Part shown: piece after piece, positions 51,655 to 52,450 of the stretch
How positions within the stretch are numbered: the stretch's first letter is position 1
Layout of the letters: every line of letters starts with the position of its first letter
Assembly: GCA_963793305.1 (NCBI GenBank)
Contig: CAWBZV010000023.1
Span: 1-52,450 of the forward strand
Length of the DNA: 52,450 nucleotides
Source of the DNA: an uncultured Gemmatimonadales bacterium
GTDB taxonomy: Bacteria; Gemmatimonadota; Gemmatimonadetes; Gemmatimonadales; Gemmatimonadaceae
Direction of reading: 5' to 3'
Translations under genes and position numbers: made by a program
Notes under the pieces: model-generated
Told to the model about the DNA's origin: nothing
Database searches by the model: none
What the model saw: only the letters and a program-made list of their open reading frames with translations

Positions 51655-51985
51655 ATGGGTGGTAAGCTTAAGCCACTCCCCCCGTTTCCCCTTATCGCAT
51701 CGCCGTCCTAACAGCTCACTGACGCAAAATCTATTCTGGCAGAGTCACCTTTTAACAGGCTCAAGTCTCTCTTCTCCAGGAAGAAGAAGACAGCCACCAC
51801 CACCACCGACGCCACAGCCACCAAGACCGAAACCGCTGCCCCTGCTCCATCCAACACAGCCACCGCTGATGCGCCCTCTTCAAGCGATCCTACTGCGCCA
51901 TCTGCTGGTACGACCTTTCATCCTTTCCTAAGCATACTAGAGTCCTGGCTAATACACCGCAGGGGCTGCTCCAGTCACAACTTAA
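51655..51985 (+). CDS. Eukaryotic (fungal-style) three-exon gene encoding a 64-aa Thr/Ala/Pro-rich protein
   Basis: CAAC-ATG-G start. Intron 51662-51742 (GTAAGC...CTAAC/CTGAC...CAG) and intron 51908-51962 (GTACGA...GCTAAT...CAG). The spliced ORF is MGESPFNRLKSLFSRKKKTATTTT...GAAPVTT*. Confidence 0.75.
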
Positions 51986-52450
51986 GATGGTTGAGCTCAA
52001 CCAACACTACGGACGCAGAACCAACGAGACAATATGGTTCACGAGGATAATCTGATGAGATGACGAGATGGACGACATGGCTTTCACTCACTATTCCTGC
52101 TCTATTGCGCAGTCCTAGTTCTAATACTCCCCTGTCATTACTGCATACAACATCACAGCACGATACCCCCTTGCAGCGCGCACCGAGATACCCCCTCTTG
52201 TTCATGCGCACACTCAGGCGCTTTTACGCAGATACCCCAGCTTCGTTGTAATGGCAAAAACAGCTTCTTTCGATAGTGATTAGGAATTCAGGCTGTCACT
52301 ATTAAATTGCAACTCCAGACTTTTTCATAGGCCACCTAAGTTGACATAACAGCCCCATTCCAAACCCAGTTCCTGCGTAGCCTGCGTTGACCTTTTCCCG
52401 ACTGCGAACGTATCAAGATATCGACCCCTAAATCCTCAGCAATACGTGGC

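Noticed and set aside
51345..52251. Ppx C-terminal extension and the bacterial-style ORFs at 51419, 51659, 51975 and 52060
   Set aside because: They lie past the compositional break, have no recognisable motifs, and the spliced model explains the region better.

Overview
Positions 1 to about 48140 are high-GC DNA from a diderm bacterium. I infer Gemmatimonadota-like from gene style; this is not verified. This part is a mosaic stress, redox and metal region. It carries nirK, three cupredoxins, two short heme-copper-oxidase-like membrane proteins, Crp/Fnr regulators, mbfA, a TonB receptor with an ECF sigma and anti-sigma, and a Rieske/PAP2/P1B-ATPase operon. It also carries a LigD polymerase domain, nitroreductases, MacAB, four BON proteins, five universal stress proteins, and phosphoribosyltransferase, erythromycin-esterase-like and dienelactone-hydrolase-like genes. 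The main unexplained signal is a 17-bp palindrome, GTC(A/G)GGG-N3-CCC(T/C)GAC, at about 14 intergenic sites. It usually occurs as tandem pairs 21-24 bp apart and lies 21-24 nt before a -10-like hexamer. The genes it precedes resemble the mycobacterial DosR dormancy regulon, so I propose a hypoxia/NO dormancy regulon whose activator is not identified here. Many genes are frameshifted or abruptly truncated, which suggests uncorrected long-read sequence and/or decay. The last 4.3 kb looks chimeric: an ECF sigma fragment, then a gammaproteobacterial-type DUF6776-bactofilin-erpA-ppx block, then lower-GC DNA with a two-intron fungal-style gene. I found no rRNA, tRNA, CRISPR array or intact transposase.
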